Shown here piece after piece: positions 41,505 through 51,100 of a stretch of 64,000 bases of DNA (position 1 is the stretch's first letter; every line of letters begins with the position of its first letter). Below the pieces are notes generated by a model, which had not been told where the DNA came from, did not search any database, and saw only the letters and a program-made list of their open reading frames with translations. Origin of the DNA: an uncultured Planctomycetota bacterium. Its GTDB lineage: Bacteria; Planctomycetota; Planctomycetia; Isosphaerales; Isosphaeraceae. The stretch spans positions 1,280,001 to 1,344,000 of the forward strand of contig CAWGMQ010000008.1 of the NCBI GenBank assembly GCA_963823665.1. The letters are read 5' to 3'. The translations under genes and the position numbers were made by a program.

Positions 41505-41995
41505 TCAAGGGTGTCGACGTTCTCGCGGGAAGAGGAGCGACAACTGGACCCAACCCGTGATGCCGGCGTCTCTGCCGTCCATCACCTCGACCTTGGCCTT
41601 ACCGGAGATCTTGTCTGCTTCGAGAAGCTTGACCGTCGTGCCTGCATCATACGCTCTGATTTTCTCTGCTTTGGCTAGACGGGTGACACCTGCGCAGCGC
41701 CCGGGCCTTTTTTCCCGCTTTCGATCTGAGCGTCGACCATCTCGTCCCACGCGGATTCGTCGAGACAGATCCAGACGACAGACTCGCGGCGCCCGCCGGG
41801 GTAACCGAGGTTCGCAAGATCGCCGTCTCGGAGCTCGCGTCGAGCCTGATCTGGGAGGTCTGGTCGCGCGAGAACGTCTGCTGCCGGACGGGGGCCCGAC
41901 GGAGATCGGAGGAGCATCAGCCCAGCGCCGGCACAAACCAAGATCAATAACACGGCCGAAAAATCGCCACGACATCCGGAACGCGGTTCACTCAT
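41505..41995 (-). CDS. membrane-anchored hypothetical protein with SH3-like C-terminus (frameshift near 41715)
   Basis: TM helix AVLLILVCAGAGLMLL; second frame ends GTTVKLLE..AKVEV..GITGWV. Confidence 0.6.
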
Positions 41996-42220
41996 TGGCT
42001 CTCTCCGCGCACACGACCAGGCCGCAACCCGAATCGCTCCGTGTTGCCAGACGAAATCCAGTTTTATCCTCTCGAGAGATTTGCCGCCATGCATGCCGAT
42101 GCTGAGCGGATCGATCGGGCCGTGGGGGGGGAGATGCTCGGTCTCTCGCGGCGTGAGCGACTTCATCCGTCGATCACGCGCGATCGCGGGGGTGCGCGCG
42201 ACAACTGACTTGCCGACAGT

Positions 42221-42607
42221 TCAGCGAAACATCGACAGGAACAACACCAGCGTTCCCCCGACGCCGATCGAGGCGAGCGGCAGCAAAGCCAGCGCAAGAA
42301 CGGCGGTGCCCGCTCCGGCGTCACGTTGGCGGAACTTGCCGATCACGTGCTTGATCCCGAGTATTGTGGCCAGAAGCGCGGGATTGATGACCAGAAAGAA
42401 CCCGACCTCCGTTCCGAGCTCCTGCGGCGGGGTCAGGCGTGGACCGCTCCAGTTCACCAAAGTCGGACCTGCCTCCGGCACCCGCGGCTTCCAGCGCTCG
42501 ACAACGAGTGATGCACAATCGATGGCGACGGCCGCGGCGATTGTCCAAGCCGCGGTTTGCCACGGCCACCGCGCGAGCCCACGGGGCTTGTTCGGCAGGT
42601 CAGTCAT
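42221..42607 (-). CDS. hypothetical membrane protein
   Basis: Three hydrophobic segments. Confidence 0.6.
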   Translation of the reverse strand: MTDLPNKPRGLARWPWQTAAWTIAAAVAIDCASLVVERWKPRVPEAGPTLVNWSGPRLTPPQELGTEVGFFLVINPALLATILGIKHVIGKFRQRDAGAGTAVLALALLPLASIGVGGTLVLFLSMFR

Positions 42608-43716
42608 CGGTTTTGAGGCGACGTGCAAGCTCGAGACTGCGATCAATGCTGAGTGAGCTCTCTCCGAGCAATTAACTGTTCATTTCACGACAGCGTGGTC
42701 GAGGTCTTCAGTTGTGGAACGGGGCGCGTGCTTCCCGGCGTGCGCGGCAGGCATTCCGGCTCCGCATCAAACCAGTAGGCAAGGGCAGTCCCGCAAACCA
42801 GGGCAAAGGCCACGATGATGAGGCAGACGCGTTCGGTCAATTGACATTCTTCGAGAACCCCTCGTACACGCGATGACTTCCTTGCGATCAAAGGTGCTGC
42901 TTCTTGTTCGCTTTTGAGCAGTTCCGCCCGATGCGTTCGATCGATGTTGAAGTTCTCGATTGCGTGCGCTGAACCCATCTGGCCGTCAGCATTCGGGGAA
43001 TTCTCTGGCTCTTGATGTTCACCAAATTCGCCCGCCAAGTTTAGCAGCGCACTCGAGCCTTTCGGCGCAGGTTGCGAGCTACTCGGGTGGCGCTGATGTG
43101 TTGTCACTGCTCGATTCCCCTCAAGCAAGTCTGGACATCGTTGGCCCCGGAAAACGTTGGCCGACTCGACGCATCGATCATGCAAAACCGAACCGGGCGC
43201 AACACGCTCATGAACTTTCAGAACATGAAAGCGTTATCGCCTGAACTGGTTGAGGCGGCCGGCTAATCCGCACTCAAACGTAGCTCAGGAATTCTGAACG
43301 GAAGTCTGCCCGCTCATCCCTGAGACCGAGTGGGCGCCGTCATCGTCGTGGACGGTTTGGGCGCGTCCGAGCTCCGGCATCAGGACCAGGTTCAGAACCA
43401 GCGGCGGCTTGACCGGAGCGCTCCAACCTGCTGGAATTCTGTTTCCGGTGACGCGGCATCTGACCAAATCGTTCGATTTCAGCGGTCATCTGGGAAACGT
43501 CGGGTAAGTGGATTGAGGATGGAGCCCCGATTGTGGGGGCGGCCGTCAACGCACTCGCTGTCTTATGCGTCCGCCGAATCTGGATCGGCCTGGTCCTCGT
43601 GGCTGGGTACTTTATCGCGGTTGTGCAGGTGATAGGGCCGTCCTATGAAACATGGGTTCACGGCCACTGACGAGGCCGCGGAGCCAGTGCCGCGTGCCAT
43701 CCAACCGGCAACTTCG

Positions 43717-43745
43717 GCGGACGGCACACGGAGTGTGCCTGCTAC
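43717..43745 (-). repeat. GTAG-type REP palindrome
   Basis: Minus strand GTAGCA-GGCACAC-TCC-GTGTGCC; next to a second imperfect palindrome CACTGGCAATGCCGGTG. Confidence 0.75.
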
Positions 43746-44006
43746 ACCGGACCACTGGCAATGCCGGTGCCACCCACCGCAGTCACATGATCCTGTAATG
43801 CTATTAGAGACGTATGTTGAGTCCAGCGAGTCGCTGGCTTGATCGCCTCGATCCGATGCAATTCGATGATGATGTAGCCCGCGGGATACCCCCAGATGCT
43901 AGAGACCTCGGCAGGCGGAGGATTACCCTTGGTGCTCTTCGTACCGGGTTCATCCTCTAACCGCAAGTCTTTGTCTGTAAGCACTCTTGAACGGTCGTGG
44001 ACGATG

Positions 44007-44070
44007 GCGGAAAATGCTTGAGAAGCTCTCGTAAAGCTTGTGTTCTGGGTTCGAGTCGCGCAGGCGGCTT
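44007..44070 (+). repeat. degenerate second att-like site (GCGGAAAATGCT plus tRNA-Thr 3' part)
   Basis: Gapless 52/64 match to 41434-41497 by manual alignment. Confidence 0.85.
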
Positions 44071-44126
44071 TCAGGCGGGACGAGTCACGTACGAGTGGGT
44101 TTCCTTCCGTCGAGAAGAAGAGCACC

Positions 44127-46616
44127 ATGCGGCGGGCATTCCGATTTCGGAAGGGCGTGCGGATTCCGGTTCAGTCAATCGGAGTGGGATTGGTTCTTGC
44201 GCTGGGGTTGGCGGCCGCGCGCACGGCCGGTGACGACGGGGGCGCCGCCGCGACGGATGCCAGAGAGCTTGCGGTGGGCACGGCGGTTGTGCCGGTTGAC
44301 GATCACGTGATGATTCACCGCGCGATGGTGCGCATGACGCCCGCGGTCGAATCCGAAGTAACAGATCCGGTGTTCCTCATTGCTGCGCGTAATTTGAGGA
44401 CGAGGACACAGCTACGACAGGTTCCTCTGCCGGGGCTCGAGACTCAGAAATTCGACGTTAACGCGGACGAGATTCTTCTGTTCCACATCTCGCGCGTGCG
44501 CCCAAAGCACGTCGAGGTGACCTCGCAAGACAAGAAGACGCGCGGTTGGCTTCGACTAGACCAGGTCATTCCGGTCAGGGAGGCTTTGGCGCGAGCCAGC
44601 CGTGCGATTGAAAACGATCCGGGCGATATCACCGCACTCGTCCGAAGGGCAAGGCTGCGTTGCGCGGAGCAGCAGTGCGAGAGCGCGCTGGCTGATCTGG
44701 ACGCGGCGATCCGGCGTGATCCCAAGAGTGCGGCGGCGTTCAAGGCGCGCTCGGATCTCTCCATTTCCATCGGTGATTTTGACGCCGCGATGGAGGACTT
44801 CGACCGGTATGTGAATTTACAATCCGCGAATGTAACGTTCTTCATCAGCCGAGCCCGACGATGGCTGGACAAGGACGAGAGTGGGCGTGGGGTTGTGGAC
44901 CTGGAGCGCGCACAAGGTATCGATCCCAATCATCCGGGGATTCCGCTGGTCTGGTTTGAGTACTGGTCGCTCAAAGGCGAGTCGGAGCGTGCGCTCGCGG
45001 AGCTTGATGCGGCGATTCGCCGCGATCCGGCGGCACTCAGTGCGTACGAACTGCGGGCGGAAGCCCTCGCAGCAAGCGGCGAGCTGGACAAGGCGGTCGC
45101 CGACTGGGACCAGGCGATCAAGCTCGAACCCGACGATCCCGAACTCTTTCGCGCTCGAGCGGCCCAGTGGATGGCGCTCGAAGACCCAGACAAGGCGATC
45201 GCCGATTATTCACGCGCGATCGCTCTTGATCCGGATGTGGTTGAGCCTTATCTCCGGCGTGCGGATGCGTGGTCAGCGAAGAATCGGCACGACAAGGCGA
45301 TCGCCGACGATTCCGCAGCGATCAAGCTCGACGCCAAGTGTCGCGAAGCATTCCTGAGCAGGGGCAAGGTGCGGCAGGCTAAAGGTGATCTCGACGGCGC
45401 CATCGCCGACTTCACCGAAGTGATTCGTTTGAGCCCCAAGCCCGCGCAGAGGCTCTCGCCGTTTGAGGCCGCCAGCTATGCCGATAGCTATCAGGCACTT
45501 CAATGCCGGGGCGATCTCCTGCTGCAGAGGAAGGAACCCGCGCGGGCGATTGCGGATTACGACCGTCTGATCGAGGCCAATCCAGCGGATTGCGAGGCGC
45601 TGTACAGGCGCAGATGCGCGAAGTTCGACCTGAAACAGCTCGATGAGGCGATGGCCGATCTGGACAGCGCGATCGAGCAAGGGCCGACACGAGACGATAT
45701 CTACTATACGCGCGGGTGCCTCTGGTTCGAGAAGAAGAACTACGACAAGGCGATCGCCGATTTTACCGAGGCGATCGTTCTCGACCCGGACGATGAACAA
45801 TTGTCCTGGCGATACGGGAACCGTGGGAGGTGTCTCCGCGCGAAGCACGAATTCGACGGCGCGATTGCCGACTTGACGCAAGCCATCAAGCTCGAGCCGC
45901 AGGACCCAGCGCTTTATGTGGAACGCGGGCGCGCCTGGACCGAGAAGACGGACTTTTCGCGAGCGATCGCGGATTTATCCGTGGCCGTGCGACTCGCTCC
46001 GAAAGCCGCAAACTACCGGATTACGAGAGGGATCTTATTCCGCCGGAACAAGGATTTTGCCAGGGCGCTTGACGACCTCAACGAGGCGATCCGACTCGAG
46101 CCACGGAGTCCGGGCCATTACGTGGAACGCAGCAATATTTGGCTCGACAAGAAAGAGTTCGCGCGAGCGATCGAGGATTTGTCGGCGGCGATCAAGCTGG
46201 CGCCTGATTTCGCGATGCTTTACGGGGCGCGGGGCAACGCGTTGCGCCGCAACAGGGATCATGCCCGGGCACTCGAGGACTTTGGCACGGCGGTTCGACT
46301 CGATAGCAAAACCTGGGGTTGGTATAGCCACAGTGCCTGGATTCGTGCGACTTGCCCAGACCCGGCTCTCCGGGACGGCAAGTCAGCGGTAGGCCTGGCA
46401 ACCCGAGGCTGCGAGCTCGTCGAGTGGAAGGCAGCTTTCGCGCTCGAAAGCCTCGCTGCTGCCTGCGCCGAAGCAGGCGACTTCAAGACCGCGGTTGAGT
46501 GGCAGAAGAAAGCGATCAAACTATCGCCGTCGGATGATCCGATGCGGGCGAAGAAGCTTGATCGCCTGGCGCAATTCGAGAAGAAGCAGCCTTACCGTGA
46601 GCAGGCCGATGATTGA
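44127..46616 (+). CDS. multi-TPR protein with N-terminal signal/TM and SH3-like segment
   Basis: Many AIAD..AI.L.P repeats; planctomycete-type ATCPDPALRDGKSAV C-terminal motif. Confidence 0.9.
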   Translation: MRRAFRFRKGVRIPVQSIGVGLVLALGLAAARTAGDDGGAAATDARELAVGTAVVPVDDHVMIHRAMVRMTPAVESEVTDPVFLIAARNLRTRTQLRQVPLPGLETQKFDVNADEILLFHISRVRPKHVEVTSQDKKTRGWLRLDQVIPVREALARASRAIENDPGDITALVRRARLRCAEQQCESALADLDAAIRRDPKSAAAFKARSDLSISIGDFDAAMEDFDRYVNLQSANVTFFISRARRWLDKDESGRGVVDLERAQGIDPNHPGIPLVWFEYWSLKGESERALAELDAAIRRDPAALSAYELRAEALAASGELDKAVADWDQAIKLEPDDPELFRARAAQWMALEDPDKAIADYSRAIALDPDVVEPYLRRADAWSAKNRHDKAIADDSAAIKLDAKCREAFLSRGKVRQAKGDLDGAIADFTEVIRLSPKPAQRLSPFEAASYADSYQALQCRGDLLLQRKEPARAIADYDRLIEANPADCEALYRRRCAKFDLKQLDEAMADLDSAIEQGPTRDDIYYTRGCLWFEKKNYDKAIADFTEAIVLDPDDEQLSWRYGNRGRCLRAKHEFDGAIADLTQAIKLEPQDPALYVERGRAWTEKTDFSRAIADLSVAVRLAPKAANYRITRGILFRRNKDFARALDDLNEAIRLEPRSPGHYVERSNIWLDKKEFARAIEDLSAAIKLAPDFAMLYGARGNALRRNRDHARALEDFGTAVRLDSKTWGWYSHSAWIRATCPDPALRDGKSAVGLATRGCELVEWKAAFALESLAAACAEAGDFKTAVEWQKKAIKLSPSDDPMRAKKLDRLAQFEKKQPYREQADD

Positions 46617-46721
46617 GAGGTTACCGCGCCTGGTGGCGACGGTGCTTGCTTCTGGGATAATACGGACCGGGGTGCGGCGATCTGCGATTGCAGAGCGCGG
46701 CGACCCCGGGAGAACGGTGCG

Positions 46722-49700
46722 ATGAACTCGGGCATCGAAGAAGATCTGCTGTTCGGGCTGATGGCGATTCAGAACGGGATGATCGATCAGGAACAGATGT
46801 TCGCCGCTTATGAGGATTGGAACCTCGATAAGTCGGTTACGCTGGCCGATCACATTGCTGCTCGCGGCGAACTCGAGTCAGGCGACCGCGCTCTGATCGA
46901 GGGGCTCGTCGAGCGGCACTTGAAGCGGCATGACGGCGACGCCGAGCAGAGCATGGCGGCCTTGATCGTCGGCCGAGCGAATCTCGAGCAACTGGCGCAG
47001 TACGAGGAATTCTCGGTCGGCACGACGCTGTCGTATTTCGCGTCGGGGTCGCGGAGCGGCGCGGACGGCAAGAGCGGAGGAGGCTTGCGACCCATCGTTC
47101 GCCCTGGCGTGCCGCCCGGGCAGCGATTTCAAGTGCTTCGACCCTATGCGAAGGGGGGACTGGGGTCGGTCTCGGTTGCGCTCGACACCGAGGTGCATCG
47201 CGAGGTGGCGCTCAAACAGATTCTCGAGAAGCACGCAGATGACCCGCTCAGCCGGCAGCGATTCCTGCTCGAGGCCGAGATCACGGGCGGACTGGAACAT
47301 CCGGGGATCGTGCCGGTGTACGGTCTGGGGGCGGACGCCCGGGGCCGGCCGTTTTACGCGATGCGGTTCATCCAGGGGGAGACTCTCAAAGAGACTGCCG
47401 AGCAGTTCCACCAGGACCGATCACTGAGCTGCGACGCGGGCCGCCGCTCGCTCGAGCTGCGGAAGCTGCTGCGGCGGTTCATCGACGTTTGCAATGCCGT
47501 CGATTATGCGCACGGCCGGGGCGTGCTGCACCGCGACATCAAGCCGGGCAACGTGATCCTGGGTAAACACGGGGAGACTCTGCTGGTCGACTGGGGGCTG
47601 GCCAAAGCGATGGGGCGTTCCGACCCGGCGGAGGGCGAGGGCACGCTGACACTGAGCGCTGCGAGCGGGGCTACTGAGACCTTGCCGGGCCGGGCGATGG
47701 GAACACCGGCCTTCATGAGCGCGGAGCAAGCCGCGGGGGACATCAAGCGGCTGGGGCCGCAGAGCGATGTTTACAGTCTGGGCGCGACGCTTTACTACAT
47801 TCTCGCGGGACGGCCACCGCTTGCAGGCAGTGTGGCCGATATTCTGCGCCGGACGCGAGAGGGGGATTTCCCGCCGCCGCGGCTGATCCAGCCGTCGGTT
47901 GAAAAGGCGCTCGAGGCCGTGTGCTTGAAGGCGATGGCTCTTCTACCGGAAGACCGGTACGCGACGGCGAGGGCGCTGGCGGATGACATCGAGCGCTGGC
48001 AAGCGGACGAGCCGGTCTCCGCGTGGCGTGAACCGCTCTGGGTGCGGTTGCGGCGGCGGGCGCGGAAGCACCGCGTGGCGGTGGCTGTTGCGGCGGCGCT
48101 CTTGATGGCAACGACGATAGGGCTGGGTGTGAGCACGGCGCTCATCGCGCGAGAGCGGAACGAGGCGGAGGCGCAGGGCGAGCAGGCGCGGCAGGCGATC
48201 CAACTCTTGACGGGGGCAGCGGATCTTGCGTTCGACGAACGGCTGGATCCGTTTCAGGTGGAATTCCTCAAGCAGGCACTTGGGTATTATCAAGGGTTCA
48301 CGGCGCGGGTCGCGGCGAATCCGAAGGTGCGAGTGGAGCACGGCCGCGCGTATCAGCAAATGGGAGACATCCAGCGCAAGCTTTACAAGGGAATCTCCGC
48401 AGCGGAGGGCTCATACCAGAAAGCGCTTCAGTTGCTCGAGCCGCTGGCGAGGGACGCCGGCCTGGGGAGGGCCGCACGTCAGTCGCTGGCCCGCACGGAG
48501 TGTCTGCTGGCCGACCTGCTGGTGCGCCAAGGCGACGCTGAGAAGAAGGCAGCAGCGCTTTATCACGAGTCGCTCGAAACGCAGCGAGCGCTGGTGAAAG
48601 AGGCGGGCGCTTCGACCGTCGACTGGCTGCGGCTGGGGCAGACGCTCAAGAGCCAGGCCGATCTGCTGTGGCTGAACGGGCAGCTCAAGCCTGCCAACCT
48701 CGACTACGACGAAGCAATCGCCGTCCTTGAAATGGTGCCCGCGAGCGACGAAAAGCGGAATGAAGCTCAAACCGCGCTGGCGCTGGCGATCGACTCGCGG
48801 GGCTGGATTCAGTTCGAGCAAGGCGACCTCGCCGGGGCGGAGAAAGATTACCGCCGCGCCCTGGAGTTGTTAGCCGGCCTGGTCAAGAAATTCCCCACGA
48901 TTCCACGTCACCGGGAGGCGCTTGCACGAGCCTGTAACAGCCTGGGGGTGATCGAAACGAGCACCGGGCGGCCGACCGAAGCCGAGGGGCACTTCCGGCG
49001 CGAGCTGCCGCTGGTCGAGCGATTGTCGGAGGATTTCCAGGACCAGGGCGAGTATCAGCGTCTGCTGGCCCGCACGCTGATGAATCTGGAAAAGGTGTTG
49101 TCGGAGCAGAACCGCGGCAGGGAAGCCGAGCCGTTCATTCGCCGCGCGATTGAGGTGAATTCACCAGTGGCAGACGGCTCGCCGGACGACGTTCAGATTC
49201 ACGTCGACCTGGCGCTGCAACACAACAACCTGGGTATGCTCTTGCGAGCGCGGGGGGCGAGCAGGCAGGCGATCGACTCGTTCCAGGAGGCGAGAGCGAT
49301 CAGCGAGAAGCTGATGGGCAAGTTTCCGGGGCAACCGCGATTTCGCGAGCATCTCGCGGGCGTGCTCACCAATCTGGCGGAGGCGCTTGCGAGTGTGGGC
49401 GATCCCGAGGGGAAGGATGTCTACAAGATCCTCATTCCGCTCTACGAGAATCTGGTGGCCGAGTATCCGGACAACATCAACTACAAGATCGGCCAGGCGA
49501 GCTGCCTTCGGAACTACGGGCCGCTCGTGGCCGCCCTTGGGCGGCCGCAGGAGGCGGAATCACTGTATCGAAAGGCGCTCGAGCTGCTGGAGACAAGGCC
49601 CGGGCAGATTCCGTCGACCGATCAGTTGCGTGTGCAGGCCGACGTGCTGAACAACCTGGGCGACTTGCAGCAAGGGAGCAACCGACCGCTGGCTGAAGCG

Positions 49701-50438
49701 ACTCTGCGGCGAGCGATCGAGATCTTCGAGATTCTGGTGGAGCGGAAGCCGCCGGCTCTGAAGGATCGCCACGGCCTGGCGATTGCTCGCAACAATCTTG
49801 GAGAGCTGATGGTCAAGCTGAAGCGGTTCGACGATGCCGGTCAACTCTACGAGAAGTCGGTGGCCAACTTTGAAGCGTTGATCGCTGAATCGCCGGGATC
49901 GACCGACTACCAGAGCCAGTTCGGCATCGTGCTGGCGAATGAGGGAAGCCGGCTTGAGCAGATCGACAAGGCCGCGCAAGCGCGAGCTCTTCTGGAACGA
50001 GCGGTCAAGCACGAGCGCCAGGCCGTGTTGCTGAGCAAGAACCGGGACGACATCCGGGGCGTGCTGGGGAGCCAGCTCATGCAACTGGCCACGATCGAGC
50101 TCAAGCTGAGAGAGTACGGAGGCGCGGCGACGACGGCGCTTGAGATTCCGGGCGCTTTGCCGGGTTCGGAACGGAGCCGGGGATGTCTCGACGCGGCCAG
50201 GATTCTGGCGAGAGTTTCGGCGCAGGCGAGAGCCGATGCGAAGCTCAAACCGAGTGAGCGGGAGGAGCTCGGGGCCAAGTACCTGCCGCGGACGGTGGTG
50301 TTGCTTCGCGAAGCGATCGACGGCGACCCGGGGCTGGGTGAGCGCATCAAGACCGAGACGGAATTCAGCGAGATCAGGTCGCGGCCGGAGTTCACGACGA
50401 TGCTCAATAGTTTGGTTGATGTGAAACGGGCGAAATGA
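46722..50438 (+). CDS. Ser/Thr protein kinase with TM helix and TPR repeats
   Basis: AKGGLG, VALK, HRDIKPGN, DWGLAK, GTPAFMS, DVYSLG; DLLFGLMAIQNG N-terminal domain. Confidence 0.95.
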   Translation: MNSGIEEDLLFGLMAIQNGMIDQEQMFAAYEDWNLDKSVTLADHIAARGELESGDRALIEGLVERHLKRHDGDAEQSMAALIVGRANLEQLAQYEEFSVGTTLSYFASGSRSGADGKSGGGLRPIVRPGVPPGQRFQVLRPYAKGGLGSVSVALDTEVHREVALKQILEKHADDPLSRQRFLLEAEITGGLEHPGIVPVYGLGADARGRPFYAMRFIQGETLKETAEQFHQDRSLSCDAGRRSLELRKLLRRFIDVCNAVDYAHGRGVLHRDIKPGNVILGKHGETLLVDWGLAKAMGRSDPAEGEGTLTLSAASGATETLPGRAMGTPAFMSAEQAAGDIKRLGPQSDVYSLGATLYYILAGRPPLAGSVADILRRTREGDFPPPRLIQPSVEKALEAVCLKAMALLPEDRYATARALADDIERWQADEPVSAWREPLWVRLRRRARKHRVAVAVAAALLMATTIGLGVSTALIARERNEAEAQGEQARQAIQLLTGAADLAFDERLDPFQVEFLKQALGYYQGFTARVAANPKVRVEHGRAYQQMGDIQRKLYKGISAAEGSYQKALQLLEPLARDAGLGRAARQSLARTECLLADLLVRQGDAEKKAAALYHESLETQRALVKEAGASTVDWLRLGQTLKSQADLLWLNGQLKPANLDYDEAIAVLEMVPASDEKRNEAQTALALAIDSRGWIQFEQGDLAGAEKDYRRALELLAGLVKKFPTIPRHREALARACNSLGVIETSTGRPTEAEGHFRRELPLVERLSEDFQDQGEYQRLLARTLMNLEKVLSEQNRGREAEPFIRRAIEVNSPVADGSPDDVQIHVDLALQHNNLGMLLRARGASRQAIDSFQEARAISEKLMGKFPGQPRFREHLAGVLTNLAEALASVGDPEGKDVYKILIPLYENLVAEYPDNINYKIGQASCLRNYGPLVAALGRPQEAESLYRKALELLETRPGQIPSTDQLRVQADVLNNLGDLQQGSNRPLAEATLRRAIEIFEILVERKPPALKDRHGLAIARNNLGELMVKLKRFDDAGQLYEKSVANFEALIAESPGSTDYQSQFGIVLANEGSRLEQIDKAAQARALLERAVKHERQAVLLSKNRDDIRGVLGSQLMQLATIELKLREYGGAATTALEIPGALPGSERSRGCLDAARILARVSAQARADAKLKPSEREELGAKYLPRTVVLLREAIDGDPGLGERIKTETEFSEIRSRPEFTTMLNSLVDVKRAK

Positions 50439-51094
50439 TGAGGAGTTTTTGGGAGAGGAGGCCCCGCATGTCAGCCGTGATGGGCGGCGCAGCAAGTGAG
50501 TCAAATTTGAGATCGCAGGGGTTACCACGACGATTTCGGCTTCTCGACGCGATGATCCTGGTGGCGGCGATGGGTCTGGCGTGTGGCATCACGCAGAGCT
50601 TGAGTTACGCGACTGGTGGGTCGATTTCGTGGACAGCGATTTTGGCGGCGATCTATAAAATGCCCAACGGGCTTCCGAAGTTCCTGGAGATTTCCGCGGG
50701 TTTATTGATCCTCGCACTTCCGTTCGCCGGGATGTTGTCGCTCGCCGTCATACCTGTGCGATTGATTGGACCCAGACCACGGTGTGCGCGAGTAGCCCGG
50801 CAGCCAGGGATCACGGCAATGTGGGCTGCAGGTTTGGGAATTGCGCTTTCGGCAGTGCAGATCGGAATTGCGGCTTCGATTGGAACAGGATTCGCGTCCG
50901 GTTACCGAGAAATCATCGCTCTTCATTCATGCCTTTCCTACCCCGGGATGGCGGTCCTCGGTACGTGGGCGTCGTTGGTTCTTGCAAGGCGCTGGCGCAG
51001 TGAAAAGAGCTGGGTCGATCGGATGGGTCGAGTGCTCGGGTTCTTCTGGATACTGGTTGGGGTTTTCGTGCCCATCATCATTCTGGTGGCGTGA
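50435..51094 (+). CDS. hypothetical membrane protein
   Basis: RRFRLLDAMILVAA; about 5 TM helices; W..EKSWVDRMGR. Confidence 0.8.
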   Translation: MMRSFWERRPRMSAVMGGAASESNLRSQGLPRRFRLLDAMILVAAMGLACGITQSLSYATGGSISWTAILAAIYKMPNGLPKFLEISAGLLILALPFAGMLSLAVIPVRLIGPRPRCARVARQPGITAMWAAGLGIALSAVQIGIAASIGTGFASGYREIIALHSCLSYPGMAVLGTWASLVLARRWRSEKSWVDRMGRVLGFFWILVGVFVPIIILVA

Positions 51095-51100
51095 GGTTTT

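Larger units (their letters stand above)
41449..44070 (+). mobile_element. older decayed tRNA-integrated island 2
   Basis: Bounded by the two att-like copies; contains small orphan ORFs, non-coding debris and REPs. Confidence 0.6.

Noticed and set aside
43281..43290. TAGCTCAG, a tRNA 5'-like octamer
   Set aside because: No cloverleaf around it; chance match
42685..43632. ORFs 42685-43185, 43285-43467 and 43330-43632
   Set aside because: No recognisable motifs or convincing RBS; probably decayed island DNA (only a short TM-like stretch near 42760-42830)
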